A stretch of DNA of 64,000 nucleotides from Myxococcales bacterium (GCA_020431405.1 JAGQIK010000493.1:7121-71120); one strand, 5' to 3'. Counted from the first letter of the stretch, positions 1-10,740 are shown. The notes: generated by a model from the letters alone, not told the origin. Numbers and translations are program-made.

Positions 1-761
1 TCGCGGCGCTGCGCGAGGGCCGGCGCAAGGGCGCGCGCGTGCTGTCGATCGTCAACGTGGTGGGCTCCACCATCGCGCGCGAGTCCGATGGCGTGCTCTA
101 CACGCACGCGGGCCCCGAAATCGGCGTCGCCTCGACGAAAGCCTTCACCACGCAGCTGGTGGCGATGGTGCTGCTCGGCATCCATCTCGGCCGCCGCACC
201 GGCACCCTCGACCACGAGCAGGCGCACGAGCTGATCACGGACCTGATGCGCATCCCCGAGCAGATGGTCGAGGTGCTCGATCACTCGGCGACCATCAACG
301 TCATCGCGCGCCGCTACGCCACCGCGCGTGACTTCCTGTATCTCGGTCGCGGCATCAACTATCCCATCGCGCTCGAGGGCGCGCTGAAGCTGAAAGAGAT
401 CTCGTACATCCACGCCGAGGGCTACCCCGCGGGCGAGATGAAGCACGGCCCCATCGCGCTGATCGACGAGCACATGCCGGTGGTCGTGATCACGCCGCGC
501 GGCTCGGGCTACGAGAAGATCGTCAGCAACCTATCCGAGGTTCGCGCGCGCGAAGGCAAAGTTATCGCCATCGCTTCGCGCGGCGATCCCGACATCCACG
601 ACGTCGTCGACGACGTGATCCAGATCCCCGACGTGCGCCCCGAGCTGCAGCCGCTGCTCACAGTGCTTCCGCTGCAGATCCTCGCCTACCGCATCGCCGA
701 CATTCGCGGCACGGACGTCGATCAGCCACGCAACCTCGCAAAAAGCGTGACCGTGGAATAG
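1..761 (+). CDS. glmS: Glutamine--fructose-6-phosphate aminotransferase, C-terminal SIS part (5' end outside window)
   Basis: ORF 39..761 continues in frame to base 3. SIS-domain sequence ([26 protein letters not shown]) and the family-typical C-terminus [11 protein letters not shown]. Confidence 0.93.
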   Translation, partial: AALREGRRKGARVLSIVNVVGSTIARESDGVLYTHAGPEIGVASTKAFTTQLVAMVLLGIHLGRRTGTLDHEQAHELITDLMRIPEQMVEVLDHSATINVIARRYATARDFLYLGRGINYPIALEGALKLKEISYIHAEGYPAGEMKHGPIALIDEHMPVVVITPRGSGYEKIVSNLSEVRAREGKVIAIASRGDPDIHDVVDDVIQIPDVRPELQPLLTVLPLQILAYRIADIRGTDVDQPRNLAKSVTVE

Positions 762-798
762 GATCGAAGGCTCCCTTGGCTGCTCTTGAGGGGGGCGT

Positions 799-3700
799 GT
801 GGGGGCCAGCGAAAAAAACGTCCGGCTCGAGACGCTCATCGGCGAGCGCGACAAGCTGCGCGCTCGCCTCGACTCGCTGCTGCAAGAGGCGGCCGAGCGC
901 GTGTGGTGTTACGAGTACCACCCGCCGATCAGGCTCGACGCGCCACTCGACGAGCAAATGGAGCGCTTCTTCAATGGCGTGCTCGTCGAATGCAACGAGG
1001 CGACCGCCAGGCTCTACGGCGCGGTGTCCACCGACGAGGTCATCGGGCGCACGCTGATCGAGAAGAATCAGCAGCACCACGAGCGCATTCGCCGCCTCTT
1101 TCTGTCCTTCGCCAAGAGCAACTACCAGCTCGTCGACGCGCTCAGCGAGGATCTGGCGCCTGACGGCTCGCGCCGTCTCTACACGACCAACGCGCACGCG
1201 ACGATCATCGACGGCGCGATGGTGCGCGTGTGGGGGCGCACGCGGGATATCACGGCGCTGCTGCGCACACGACAGGCGCTCGACGAGAGCCGCACGGCGC
1301 TTCGCGACTCCGAGTCGATGTTCCGCGCGCTCGTCGAGAACCTCGACGAGGTTGTCTACAGCCTCGCTCGGGACGGCATCCTCGAATACGTCAGCCCCGT
1401 GATCGAGCGGCGCTTCGACATGCACCCGAGCGACGTGCTCGGCAAGAGCATCTTCGATCTCGTGCACCCCGACGATCGCGACAAGTTCCGCGAGAACTTC
1501 GAGCGCGTGCTCGCCGGCAACAGCGAGGCGCTCGAGTTTCGCGGCTACGACTTGCACGGGAAGCTGCACTATTTGCGAGCGCGCAGCAGCCCACGCGTGC
1601 GCGACGGTGAAGTTGTGGGCGTCGATGGCGTCGTGCTCGACCTCACCGAGGCGAAGCACGCCGAGGAGGCGGAGCGCGAGCGGTGGCGCGCACACCGCGT
1701 GCTGCTCGGCAACCTGCCCGGCATGGCCTATCGCTGCAGCAACGACAGCGCCTGGACGATGCAGATCATCAGCGATGGGTGTCGTGCGCTGCTCGGCTAC
1801 GACCCCCGAGACCTGGTCGACGGCGCCGAGCTCAGCTACCGCGAGCTGATCGTGGCCGAGGACCGCGACTTCGTGCGTCGCGCGATCGACGAGGCGATCA
1901 GCGAGCGCCGCGCGTTCACCATCGAGTACCGCGTGCACACGGCGAGCGGCGACATCAAGTGGGTTTGGGAGAAGGGCACGCCCGTCTCTGGCGAGCAGGG
2001 CGACATCGAGGCGCTCGAGGGCTTGATCACCGACATCACGCAACGCAAGCACTCGGCCGAGCGCGCGCACCTTTACAACGAGCATCTGCTGCAGGTGACG
2101 GCGGTGTTGCAGCAGCTCGCCGTGACGCGCGACGTCGACGACATCGCGGCGATCGTATCGGCGGCGCTGCGAGACGTTTCGGACGCAGACGGGGCCACCT
2201 TCGTGCTGCGTGACGGCGAGATGGCCGACTACGCGCACGTGGTGGTGGGCGACGAGAGCCGCAGGGGCGGCCGCAAGCCGCTCGACGCGTCGCTCAGCGG
2301 CCACGTGATCCTCACCAAGCGGCCGCTGGTGATCGAGGATATGGCCAGCGCGCCGCCGCCGCGTTGCGAGGAAGGGGGCGCGGTCAAAAGCCTCGTCATC
2401 GCGCCCGTGCGCGTGGAGGCGCCCATCGGCGCCGTGGGCTGCTGGTGGTCCAGACCGCAAAAGATAACCAGCGAGCAGACGCAGCTGGCGCAGGCGCTCG
2501 CCGACGCCGCGGCGGTGGCCATCGAAAACGTGCGCAGCATGGGCGAGCTGGAGTCGAGCCGTGCGCGCATGCAAGCGCTCTACGATCATCTGCCCACCGC
2601 GACGCTGCTGTGGCGGCGCGAGGGCGAACATTTCGTGCTCGAGAGCTTCAACGAGAAGGCGCGCGAGATGGGCGCCGGGGACTCGCTGCGCGTGGGCGAG
2701 CCTGCGAGCGTGATGAGCGCGCGCTTCCCCGAGCTCGAGCCCGTGCTCGCGCGTTGCTTCGAGCGCAAGTTGTCGATCCGCCGCGAGGTCGAGGCGTTGC
2801 TGTCCAGAGAGCAGGTGCCGCGCAATCTGGTCGTCCACTACGGCTACGTGCCGCAGGACGTCGTCGCGATGCACATCGAGGACGTGACCGCGCAGCACCA
2901 GGTGCAGCAGCAGCTCAAGGCCTCGCAGCGGCTCGAGGCGGTGGCGCGACTGGCGGGAGGCATCGCGCACGACTTCAACAACCTGCTCAGCGTGATCATC
3001 AACTACGCAGAGCTCGCTTCGATGGCGCTGCGCGAGGCCGATCCGGTCCGCGCAGACCTCGACGCGATCATGGAGGCCGGTCAGCGAGCGGCTCGGCTGA
3101 CGCGCCAGCTGCTGGCGTTCAGTCGCAAGCAGGTGCAGGAGCTCGCTGTTGTCAACGTCAACGACATCGTCAACGGCATCGGGGCGATGCTGACGCGTAT
3201 GCTCGGCGAGGACATCCACATCGATCTCGTGCTCGACGAGCAGCTCGGACGCGTCGAGGCCGATCCGGCGCAGCTCGAGCAGGTGCTGATGAACCTCGCG
3301 GTCAACGCACGAGACGCGATGCCGCGCGGCGGTACGATGACCATCGAGACGCGCAACGTGCGGCTCGAGCACGGTCTTGGCGAAGTGCCTGCGGGCCGCT
3401 ACGTGGCGCTCTCGGTGAGCGACACGGGCGTCGGGATGGACAGCGAGACGCGAGAGCACCTGTTCGAGCCGTTCTTCACCACCAAGACCATCGACAAAGG
3501 CACGGGCCTCGGCCTCTCCACGGTGTATGGCATCGTCAAGCAGAGCGGCGGCGGCATCACCGTCGAGAGCACGTTGGGGCGCGGCTCGCGATTCGATGTC
3601 TATCTTCCGCAGGCCGACGAGCTGCCGCTGGAGGCGCCGGCGGCTCCGCGCGACAGCGCGCCGATGTTGGGGCGCGAGACGATCTTGCTGGTAGAGGACG

Positions 3701-4038
3701 AAGAGGGCGTGCGCCGCATCACGGAGCGCATCCTGCGCGCCGCCGGCTACCGCGTGCTGGTCGCGGCCAACGGCGGCGAGGCGCTGATGCTGTGCGAGGA
3801 GCACGGCGTGGAGATCGACCTGATGCTCACCGACGTGGTGATGCCGCGCGTCAGCGGGCGCGAGGTCGCCGAGCGCGCGCGCGGTGTCGTGCCCGGGTTG
3901 CCGGTGCTCTACATGTCCGGCTACACCGACGACGCGATCGTGCGCCACGGCGTAGGGCGCGACACGTCGTTTCTGAGCAAGCCCTTCGACGCCGGCACGC
4001 TCACGCGCAAGGTGCGCGAGGTCCTCGATAAGGCCTAG
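799..4038 (+). CDS. Hybrid sensor histidine kinase (multiple PAS, GAF, HisKA, HATPase, C-terminal receiver)
   Basis: GTG start. PAS/PAC-like segments and a GAF-like segment. H-box GGIAHDFNNLLSVI, N-box LMNLAVNARDAM, G-boxes DTGVGM / GTGLGLS. Receiver ILLVEDEEGVRR...DLMLTDVVMPRVSG...SKPF. Confidence 0.9.
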   Translation: MGASEKNVRLETLIGERDKLRARLDSLLQEAAERVWCYEYHPPIRLDAPLDEQMERFFNGVLVECNEATARLYGAVSTDEVIGRTLIEKNQQHHERIRRLFLSFAKSNYQLVDALSEDLAPDGSRRLYTTNAHATIIDGAMVRVWGRTRDITALLRTRQALDESRTALRDSESMFRALVENLDEVVYSLARDGILEYVSPVIERRFDMHPSDVLGKSIFDLVHPDDRDKFRENFERVLAGNSEALEFRGYDLHGKLHYLRARSSPRVRDGEVVGVDGVVLDLTEAKHAEEAERERWRAHRVLLGNLPGMAYRCSNDSAWTMQIISDGCRALLGYDPRDLVDGAELSYRELIVAEDRDFVRRAIDEAISERRAFTIEYRVHTASGDIKWVWEKGTPVSGEQGDIEALEGLITDITQRKHSAERAHLYNEHLLQVTAVLQQLAVTRDVDDIAAIVSAALRDVSDADGATFVLRDGEMADYAHVVVGDESRRGGRKPLDASLSGHVILTKRPLVIEDMASAPPPRCEEGGAVKSLVIAPVRVEAPIGAVGCWWSRPQKITSEQTQLAQALADAAAVAIENVRSMGELESSRARMQALYDHLPTATLLWRREGEHFVLESFNEKAREMGAGDSLRVGEPASVMSARFPELEPVLARCFERKLSIRREVEALLSREQVPRNLVVHYGYVPQDVVAMHIEDVTAQHQVQQQLKASQRLEAVARLAGGIAHDFNNLLSVIINYAELASMALREADPVRADLDAIMEAGQRAARLTRQLLAFSRKQVQELAVVNVNDIVNGIGAMLTRMLGEDIHIDLVLDEQLGRVEADPAQLEQVLMNLAVNARDAMPRGGTMTIETRNVRLEHGLGEVPAGRYVALSVSDTGVGMDSETREHLFEPFFTTKTIDKGTGLGLSTVYGIVKQSGGGITVESTLGRGSRFDVYLPQADELPLEAPAAPRDSAPMLGRETILLVEDEEGVRRITERILRAAGYRVLVAANGGEALMLCEEHGVEIDLMLTDVVMPRVSGREVAERARGVVPGLPVLYMSGYTDDAIVRHGVGRDTSFLSKPFDAGTLTRKVREVLDKA

Positions 4039-4103
4039 CGACGTTGTTCGCCGCGCCGGACGCGGTTATGTTTGTCGCGATGGAAACGTCCCGATCTAGA
4101 TCG

Positions 4104-4469
4104 ATGGTGCGTGTGGCGCTGTTCGCGGCGGCGACCGCCGTGCTCGCTTCGTGGGGCTTCGCCGCCGAGGCGGCGCCCGGCCTGCTCGGCAAGTGGCGCG
4201 CGGTGAGGATCGAAAAGGGCGGCGAGCGCCGAGGGATGCCGCCCGGCGTGAGCTTGTTGCTCGAGTTCAAGCGCAGCGGCGAGTTCATCACGCGCATGCG
4301 GGTGCGCAGCAAAGGCAAGGTCGAGCGCGGCATCTGGAAGGTCAACGGCAAGCAGCTCGTCACGACTGTCGCCGGCAAGACCGAGAAGATGAGCTATCAC
4401 ATCGATAAGAAGACGCTGCGTTTGGACAACGAAGCGCGCAAGACCGTGTTGCTGCTGGAACGCCGGTGA
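4104..4469 (+). CDS. Small secreted beta-rich (lipocalin-like) protein, paralogue 1
   Basis: Signal peptide MVRVALFAAATAVLASWGFAAEA. The mature part aligns with the next gene (GLLGxWRxV...LEFKxxGxF...GxWxxxGxxL). The ORF opens at 4044; I chose the first Met before the hydrophobic segment as the start. Confidence 0.55.
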   Translation: MVRVALFAAATAVLASWGFAAEAAPGLLGKWRAVRIEKGGERRGMPPGVSLLLEFKRSGEFITRMRVRSKGKVERGIWKVNGKQLVTTVAGKTEKMSYHIDKKTLRLDNEARKTVLLLERR

Positions 4470-4509
4470 GCCGCGCCGTGAAAGGTAGGAACCTGTGACC
4501 CCAGATCGT

Positions 4510-4899
4510 ATGTCGCGGACTCGTCGTCTGCGGAGCATCTCTCTTCGAATCGCCATCAGCGCCGTGCTGCTGCTGGCGCTCGCCGGTGCCGCCGAGGCGG
4601 ATGCTGGCCTGCTCGGCAGCTGGCGGGTGGTGAGCATGTCGCGCGGAGGCCAGACCAAGAAGGTCCCCGATGACCGCAAGGCCACGTTGGAGTTCAAGAA
4701 GGGCGGCGTGTTCGTCACCCACGTCGAGTTCAAGGGCCGCAAGCGCTCCGACAAAGGCAGCTGGAGCGCCAAGGGCGACAAGCTGACGACGAAGCACCGC
4801 CGCGGCACCGAGACGGTGAGCTTCAAGATCAGCGGCTCCAAGCTCGTGCTCACCCATCCCAAGCACAAGGGCAAGATGAACCTCGTGCGCGTCAAGTAG
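4510..4899 (+). CDS. Small secreted beta-rich (lipocalin-like) protein, paralogue 2
   Basis: Signal peptide MSRTRRLRSISLRIAISAVLLLALAGAAEA. Same mature-region pattern as 4104..4469. A GTG at 4495 is an alternative start. Confidence 0.55.
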   Translation: MSRTRRLRSISLRIAISAVLLLALAGAAEADAGLLGSWRVVSMSRGGQTKKVPDDRKATLEFKKGGVFVTHVEFKGRKRSDKGSWSAKGDKLTTKHRRGTETVSFKISGSKLVLTHPKHKGKMNLVRVK

Positions 4900-4974
4900 C
4901 CGCGAGGTCGCTGATCTTGGGCCGTTGCTCGCCTCGCGCGAATGCGCTACGAAGCGAGTAGAGGCACACACGAC

Positions 4975-5919
4975 ATGACCGACGATAAACGCTCCAAAGT
5001 CATCATCATCGGCACCGGCCCGGCCGGATACACTGCGGCGCTGTACACCGCGCGTGCCGAGCTCAAGCCCATCGTCATCGACGGCACGCAGCCCGGTGGT
5101 CAGCTGATGACGACCACCGAGGTGGAGAACTTCCCGGGGTTTCCTGACGGGCTTCAGGGCCCGGAGATGATGGCGCTGTTTCGCAAGCAGGCCGAGCGCT
5201 TCGGAACGCGTTTTGTTTCCGGCACGGTCACCAGCGTCGACTTCACCAAGCGCCCGTTCACGCTGACGGTCGACGAGCAGCACGAGTACAAGGCTGACGC
5301 CGTGATCGTTGCCACCGGCGCATCGGCGCGCTACCTGGGGCTCGAGAGCGAGCTCGCGCTGATCGGCTACGGCGTCTCGGCGTGCGCTACCTGTGACGGG
5401 TTCTTCTACCGCGGCAAAGAGGTCATCGTCATCGGTGGTGGCGACTCGGCGATGGAAGAGGCGACATTCCTGACGCGCTTCGCCGACAAGGTCACGATCG
5501 TGCACCGCCGCGGCGAGTTTCGCGCCTCGAAGATCATGCAGCGCCGCGCGCTCGATAACCCCAAGATCGATGTGCGCTGGCACAGCGACGTCGTCGAGGT
5601 GGTGGGCACTGCGCAGACCGGCGTCACCGGCGTGAAGATCAAGAACCGCGAGAGCGGCGAGATCAACGAGCTCAGCTGCCACGGCGTGTTTCTGGCGATC
5701 GGCCACAAGCCCAACACCGACCCGTTCGTGGGCAAGCTCGAGCTGCTCGACAACGGCTATCTCAAGGTCGAGCCGGGCGGCACGCGCACGAGCGTCGAGG
5801 GGGTCTTCGCGGCTGGAGACGTCGCCGACCATCACTACCGGCAGGCGGTGACGGCCGCGGGCACGGGCTGCATGGCGGCGATCGACGCCGAACGCTGGCT
5901 CGCAGAGCACGGCGGCTAA
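4975..5919 (+). CDS. trxB: Thioredoxin-disulfide reductase
   Basis: FAD fold IIIGTGPAGYTAALY, redox-active CATCDG, second Rossmann VIVIGGGDSAMEEA, AAGDVADHHYRQAVTAAGTGC. The ORF opens at 4942; Met at 4975 fits family length. Confidence 0.93.
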   Translation: MTDDKRSKVIIIGTGPAGYTAALYTARAELKPIVIDGTQPGGQLMTTTEVENFPGFPDGLQGPEMMALFRKQAERFGTRFVSGTVTSVDFTKRPFTLTVDEQHEYKADAVIVATGASARYLGLESELALIGYGVSACATCDGFFYRGKEVIVIGGGDSAMEEATFLTRFADKVTIVHRRGEFRASKIMQRRALDNPKIDVRWHSDVVEVVGTAQTGVTGVKIKNRESGEINELSCHGVFLAIGHKPNTDPFVGKLELLDNGYLKVEPGGTRTSVEGVFAAGDVADHHYRQAVTAAGTGCMAAIDAERWLAEHGG

Positions 5920-5982
5920 GGGCGAGGAAAGCGCGAGGCGCCTAGTTTCGTGTTACATATCGGGCATCGTCAGGAGCTGCCG

Positions 5983-6504
5983 ATGTCCGATGCACAGCCC
6001 GCACAGTCCGCGCCCGCTCCCGAGCTCGTCGACCTTCCGGTCGAAGAGATCATCGAGCATCTCAGCGGCAGCGATCTGTTCTCTGACCTCTCGCACGAGC
6101 AGCTGCGCCGGCTCGTGGCGATCGGTCGTATCGAGCGCTACAAGCGCAACCAGCACATCTTCAAGGAAGGCGACGCCGGCGACTCGTTCTGCTTGGTGAT
6201 CGAGGGCGCGGTGCGCATCAGCCGTCAGGTGCCGGGCATGGGCGAGGAGGCGCTGGTGATCCTGCGCCCGGGCTCGGGCTTCGGAGAGATGTCGCTGATC
6301 GAGGATGCGCCGCGCTCGGCGGACGCCATCGCGCACGAGACCACGCTGCTCTTCGTGGCCGGCATCAAAGGGCTCGAGGAGCTGCTCTTCGTCGACCGCG
6401 TGATGGCAGCAGACCTTCTGTGGAAGCTGATCCGGATCCTGTCCAAGCGGCTGCGCTCGACGACCGACAAGATGACGTTTCTCTCGGTGACAGGGAAGTT
6501 CTAG
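5983..6504 (+). CDS. Stand-alone cyclic-nucleotide-binding (CAP effector) domain protein
   Basis: FKEGDAGDSFCLVIEGAVRI...FGEMSLIEDAPRSADAIA pattern. SD-like CAGGAG lies 7 nt upstream of ATG 5983. Confidence 0.8.
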   Translation: MSDAQPAQSAPAPELVDLPVEEIIEHLSGSDLFSDLSHEQLRRLVAIGRIERYKRNQHIFKEGDAGDSFCLVIEGAVRISRQVPGMGEEALVILRPGSGFGEMSLIEDAPRSADAIAHETTLLFVAGIKGLEELLFVDRVMAADLLWKLIRILSKRLRSTTDKMTFLSVTGKF

Positions 6505-6506
6505 CG

Positions 6507-7007
6507 ATGGGACGCAGCAAAGAAGTCGACGCCTGGTTCAAGAGCTACGACAACCCGATGAAGCCCGTCGTGCAGCGGGTGCGCGAGATCATCCTCGCCG
6601 CCGATTCGCGCATGGACGAGTGCATCAAGTGGAAGAGCCCGACGTTTACCTACGAGGGCAATCTGGCGAGCTTCAATCCGCGCAGCAAGGCGCACGCGAG
6701 CCTGATGTTTCACACCGGAGCGCAGATCCCGGGGACGTTTCCCAGCCTCGAGGGCAGCGGGGACACGGCGCGGTTTCTGAAGATCGCGTCGCTGGAGGAG
6801 GCGGAGGGGGTGAAGGGGGAGATCGAGGCGATCGTCGCGGCTTGGGTGGAGTCAAAGTCGAAGACCGAGGGGGAGGCGAAGCCTAAACGGAAGGTTAAGG
6901 CCAAGGCCAAGGTCGAGTCGAAGTCGAAGTCGAAGTCGAAGTCGAAGTCGAAGTCGAAGTCGAAGTCGAAGTCGAAGTCGAAGTCGAAGAAGAAGGCTAA
7001 GAAGTAG
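6507..7007 (+). CDS. DUF1801/YdhG-like protein with a C-terminal (Ser-Lys)12 tail
   Basis: ATG 6507 lies 2 nt after the previous stop. VVQRVREIILAADSRMDECIKWKSPTFTYEGNLASF resembles the DUF1801 family. The tail is encoded by a perfect microsatellite. Confidence 0.6.
   Translation: MGRSKEVDAWFKSYDNPMKPVVQRVREIILAADSRMDECIKWKSPTFTYEGNLASFNPRSKAHASLMFHTGAQIPGTFPSLEGSGDTARFLKIASLEEAEGVKGEIEAIVAAWVESKSKTEGEAKPKRKVKAKAKVESKSKSKSKSKSKSKSKSKSKSKSKKKAKK
6918..6989 (+). repeat. Perfect (TCGAAG)12 hexanucleotide microsatellite inside a CDS
   Basis: 12 uninterrupted units read directly from the sequence; they encode (SK)12. Confidence 0.97.
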
Positions 7008-7100
7008 TGGGCGAGAGAATGCCCGTGGTGGGGGTGAAGCGGGGCAGGGTGGTGGCCAAAGGGTGAGAATCGCGAGCGGGTGAGTCGGCGAGGGGATTGC

Positions 7101-7132
7101 AGAGGCCTCCTGTGCACTACAGGAGGCCTTTT
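7101..7132 (+). terminator. Perfect 11-bp GC-rich hairpin plus T-run; its 3' arm contains the Shine-Dalgarno of the next gene
   Basis: AGGCCTCCTGT (7103-7113), loop GCACT, ACAGGAGGCCT (7119-7129), then TTT and ATG at 7133. AGGAGG at 7121-7126 is 6 nt from the ATG. Confidence 0.6.
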
Positions 7133-7572
<440 letters not shown>

Positions 7573-7576
<4 letters not shown>

Positions 7577-8754
7577 TCGACGCAGCGAGCGGCTTCTGCA
7601 CGGGCAGAGCGCAGCTCGGGGCGCCAGCGGAAGCGATCGATGGTCTTGCCTTCGAGGGCGTCGGCGACGAGCCGCCCGAGGATCGGGGCGAACTTGAAGG
7701 CGTGGCCGCTGCCGCCGGTGGCGACGGCGAGCCCCTCGCGCTCGGGGTGGCGCGCGATCCAGAAGTCGCCGTCCCAGCTGTCGGTGTACAAGCACAGGCG
7801 CGCGTAGCGCGGCCGCAGGCCGGCGAGCGCGGGCAGATAGCGCGCGAGGCCATCGCCGACGCGCGCGCGGTGTGCGGCGCTGACCTCGCGCGGCGCGTCG
7901 GCATCGATGACAGCGCCCGCGTCGTGCAGCGCCAGCTTGAGCACCCCCTCGCGCGGATGGATCGGAAAGCCGTAGAGACCCGTCGTCGCGATGTCGGCGG
8001 TGAAGAACGGCAGGCGCTCGTGCTGATAGTCGGCGGCCACCGCGTCGTCGACGCCGAAGTGAAAGAGCGCGTGACCGGTGGATCGTAGGCACGGCGCGAG
8101 CTCGGGCAGCAGCTTGGGGCTCCACGCACCCGCGGCGACGACGACCTCGTCGGCTAACAAAGTGTGTCCGCGCTCGTCCACCAGCCCCGTGACGCGCGAG
8201 CCGCGCTCGGCCAGCGCCGCGACGCGATACCCACCGCGCACCTCGACGCCGGCGGCCTGCGCGTCGCGCGCCAACCGCGCCACCACGCGCCCACTCTCGG
8301 CGTAGCCGCCGAGGGCGTGGAAGAAGCCGTCAACCCCAGCACCCCACGCCGGCACGCGCCGGTGCATCGCGGCTTCGTCGAGGCGCTCGACCTGGTGGCC
8401 GCGCGCGCGCAGCAGCTCGTAGCTGTCGTGCTCGAAGCTCCCGGGGCGCATCGGCTGGCTGGTGGCGACCAGCACGCCCACTTCGTGATAGAGCGGTTCG
8501 TCGCCGCCGCGCTGCCAGCGCGCCTGCAGATCGAGCCACGCCTCGCGCGCCTGCTCCATCAGCTCGGTGTAGAGCAGGTCGGCGCCGTACGTCATGCGCA
8601 CGGCCTTGCTGATGTCGCTGCTCGCCGCGTCGGCTGCCGGGATCTCGGCGCGGTCGACCAGCGTGACCCGCCGGCCACGTCGCCTCAGCTCGAGCGCCGT
8701 GCTGACGCCGAAGATGCCAGCACCGACCACGACCACGTGAGCATCGCGTGCCAT
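7573..8754 (-). CDS. FAD-dependent oxidoreductase, monomeric sarcosine/fructosyl-amine oxidase-like (DAO family)
   Basis: N-terminal HVVVVGAGIFGVSTALELRRRGRRVTLVD dinucleotide fold. C-terminal CLYTDSWDGDFWIARHP...VATGGSGHAFKFAPILG. Confidence 0.82.
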
Positions 8755-8784
8755 CAGGCGATGGTACTGCGATATGCTTGCCCC

Positions 8785-9327
8785 ATGCTCCGCTCCTGCG
8801 ATGTTCGTGTCATCTGCGCGGCCACCGTGGCGCTTCTGCTCGCCACCGGCTGCTCGTCGCGCGTCGAGAAGATCTGCAAGAAGATGGCGATCCTGATGGG
8901 GTCGAGCGCCGCCAGCGAAAAGAAGATCCGCCGCTGTATCAAGCGCGCCAAACGCGCCCAGCAGGCGATGCCCGAGCGCTTCGAGTGCCGCGCGCGCTGC
9001 ATCGAGTCATCGATCGATCGCACGGCCTTCAACGCCTGCAACGACAAGTGTGATCCAGCCGCCGCCGCTCGCCGCGCTGCCATCCGCGCCGCACGCGCGG
9101 CCGCCGCCAATCGCAGCTCGGGCGGCAAGCACACGGCGCTCGCGCTGCCGCGCGAGGTGCGGCGTAAGTGGTTCACCGAGTGCAACGCCAAGTGTCAGCA
9201 CTTCATCAAGGAAAGCGGCACGCCCCAGGAGCGCGTCGAAGGCACAAAGAAGGCAGGCTTGTGTACGAAAGACTGCATCAAGCTCAACATCACGACCTAC
9301 ATGTCGAACCTCAAGAAGAAGAAGTAG
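8785..9327 (+). CDS. Lys/Cys-rich lipoprotein, unknown function
   Basis: MLRSCDVRVICAATVALLLATGC lipobox. Repeated C..C helical-looking motifs. The ORF is open from 8164, but only this part has a signal peptide (alternative ATG at 8761). Confidence 0.5.
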   Translation: MLRSCDVRVICAATVALLLATGCSSRVEKICKKMAILMGSSAASEKKIRRCIKRAKRAQQAMPERFECRARCIESSIDRTAFNACNDKCDPAAAARRAAIRAARAAAANRSSGGKHTALALPREVRRKWFTECNAKCQHFIKESGTPQERVEGTKKAGLCTKDCIKLNITTYMSNLKKKK

Positions 9328-9347
9328 CAGCGCTGGCGCCGCGACGC

Positions 9348-9899
9348 ATGCTGCGGCGCGCAGCCGCGGTGCTGCCGGTCTGCGCGGTGCTGTCGCTCGG
9401 CGCGTGCGCCACAGCCGCGCCCGACGCTCGCCTCGCGACGACGCTTTCGCATGCGCGGCCAGACGTGTGCATGAGCGAGGCGGCGAACGGCAATCGCACC
9501 TACAAGCTCACAGCGCTGCCGGTCTCGCAAAGCGCCATGGGGTTTGTCGCCGAGGCGCAGACGGTGGGCAAGCGCCCCGCGACGGTGGTGAGCATGTCGT
9601 TCGTGGTGCGCAGCCCCAACTGGCGCTACGACAAATGCAGCACGCTGGCGCTCGGCGGCGCTGGCCGCGTGCGCGACGTGGCAGCCGAGCGCGACGGCAA
9701 GATCGTCAGCGACGGCGTCGTCGAGACGATCAGCTGGAAGATGCGGGTCGAGCGCATCGCCGAGCTGCTCGACGAGAACAAGCTGCAGTTTCATCTCTGC
9801 AATGACAATGGGCCGATGCCAGCGCGCACGATCAAGGCGCTGCGCTGGTTGGTCTCGACGGCGAGGAAGGCGGCCGATCTGCCGCCGTGCAAGAAGTAG
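9348..9899 (+). CDS. Lipoprotein, unknown function
   Basis: MLRRAAAVLPVCAVLSLGAC lipobox signal, in frame within ORF 9168..9899. Confidence 0.5.
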   Translation: MLRRAAAVLPVCAVLSLGACATAAPDARLATTLSHARPDVCMSEAANGNRTYKLTALPVSQSAMGFVAEAQTVGKRPATVVSMSFVVRSPNWRYDKCSTLALGGAGRVRDVAAERDGKIVSDGVVETISWKMRVERIAELLDENKLQFHLCNDNGPMPARTIKALRWLVSTARKAADLPPCKK

Positions 9900-9940
9900 C
9901 CGCGAGAGCTCGCCGCGGACGACCGCTCTGCGCCAGCGAG

Positions 9941-10720
9941 CTAGTCGCTAGCGAAATGCAGCTCGGCTGACAGCGGCAGGTGGTCGGAGGGCTGCTCGCC
10001 GCTCGGCAGCGGCGTTTCAGCCTCGATGGCTGGCGGCATGATCGGCGTCGCGTCGAGCGCAGCGCTGACAAACAGGTGGTCGATGAGCTGGAGGCGCGCG
10101 TTGGCGTTGCAGGTTGCCGCGCCGCTGCCTGCGTGCACGCAGTGCAAGCCGCGCTGCTCGAGCGTCGTGACGACGTCGCTTCCCGGCGCCGCGTTGAGGT
10201 CGCCGCAGACAAGCCACGCTGCGCAGCCAGGGGCGCGCTGCTCGCGCGTGTCGAGAAGCTGCTCGATCTGCGCGACCCCGAGCTTGTCGGCGCGCGCGGT
10301 CCGCGGTGGGTCCCAGCGCAGGTGCGTGTTGGCTACGGCGAGCGCGCGCTGATCGGCCACAGCGCGCACGATGGCGATCTGCGCCAGGTGGCCGCTGTTG
10401 TCGGCGTAGTAGAGCGGCTCGGGTGTCTCGAGCTCGAGTGTCTCGCGGCGGGCGAACAGCGCGGCACCGTCAGGCTTTGATCGACCCTTCATCGCCAGCG
10501 CGCCCACGAAGTGGGGCGCCAAGCGCGCCTCGATCGCCTCGAAGACCTCGCGCTCGACCTCCTGCAAGCAGATCAGATCGTGGTCGGCGCCGAGCGCTCC
10601 GACGGCGTCGACGAGCGCCGGGTGACGCCAGGCCGGATCGAGGAAGCGCTGCTCGACGCGCGGGTAGTAGTCGCGTCTGATGTAGCGCGTCGCCAGCACG
10701 TTGTAGGTCACGACGCGCAT
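9941..10720 (-). CDS. Endonuclease/exonuclease/phosphatase (EEP) family protein, CCR4/nocturnin-like, no signal peptide
   Basis: MRVVTYNVL..., LICLQEV, VANTHL, VCGDLN, C-terminal SDHLPLSAEL. GAGG SD upstream. Confidence 0.8.
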   Translation of the reverse strand: MRVVTYNVLATRYIRRDYYPRVEQRFLDPAWRHPALVDAVGALGADHDLICLQEVEREVFEAIEARLAPHFVGALAMKGRSKPDGAALFARRETLELETPEPLYYADNSGHLAQIAIVRAVADQRALAVANTHLRWDPPRTARADKLGVAQIEQLLDTREQRAPGCAAWLVCGDLNAAPGSDVVTTLEQRGLHCVHAGSGAATCNANARLQLIDHLFVSAALDATPIMPPAIEAETPLPSGEQPSDHLPLSAELHFASD

Positions 10721-10740
10721 CGCTCGAGCCTCGGGGAGCT

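Noticed and set aside
658-3948. Very long antisense or alternative-frame ORFs. Examples: 658..3948(-), 6710..8125(-), 14462..16456(+), 18050..19828(+), 29165..31630(+), 44947..47628(-), 56866..59163(-), and many Arg/Ala/Gly/Pro-rich ORFs in the track.
   Set aside because: They overlap genes with clear family motifs on the other strand or frame. Their translations are the low-complexity R/A/G/P strings expected from stop-poor frames in GC-rich DNA.
8762-8777. Sigma-54-like TGGTAC...TGCTT upstream of the lipoprotein at 8785.
   Set aside because: The GG-to-GC spacing is 11 nt rather than the strict 10 nt.
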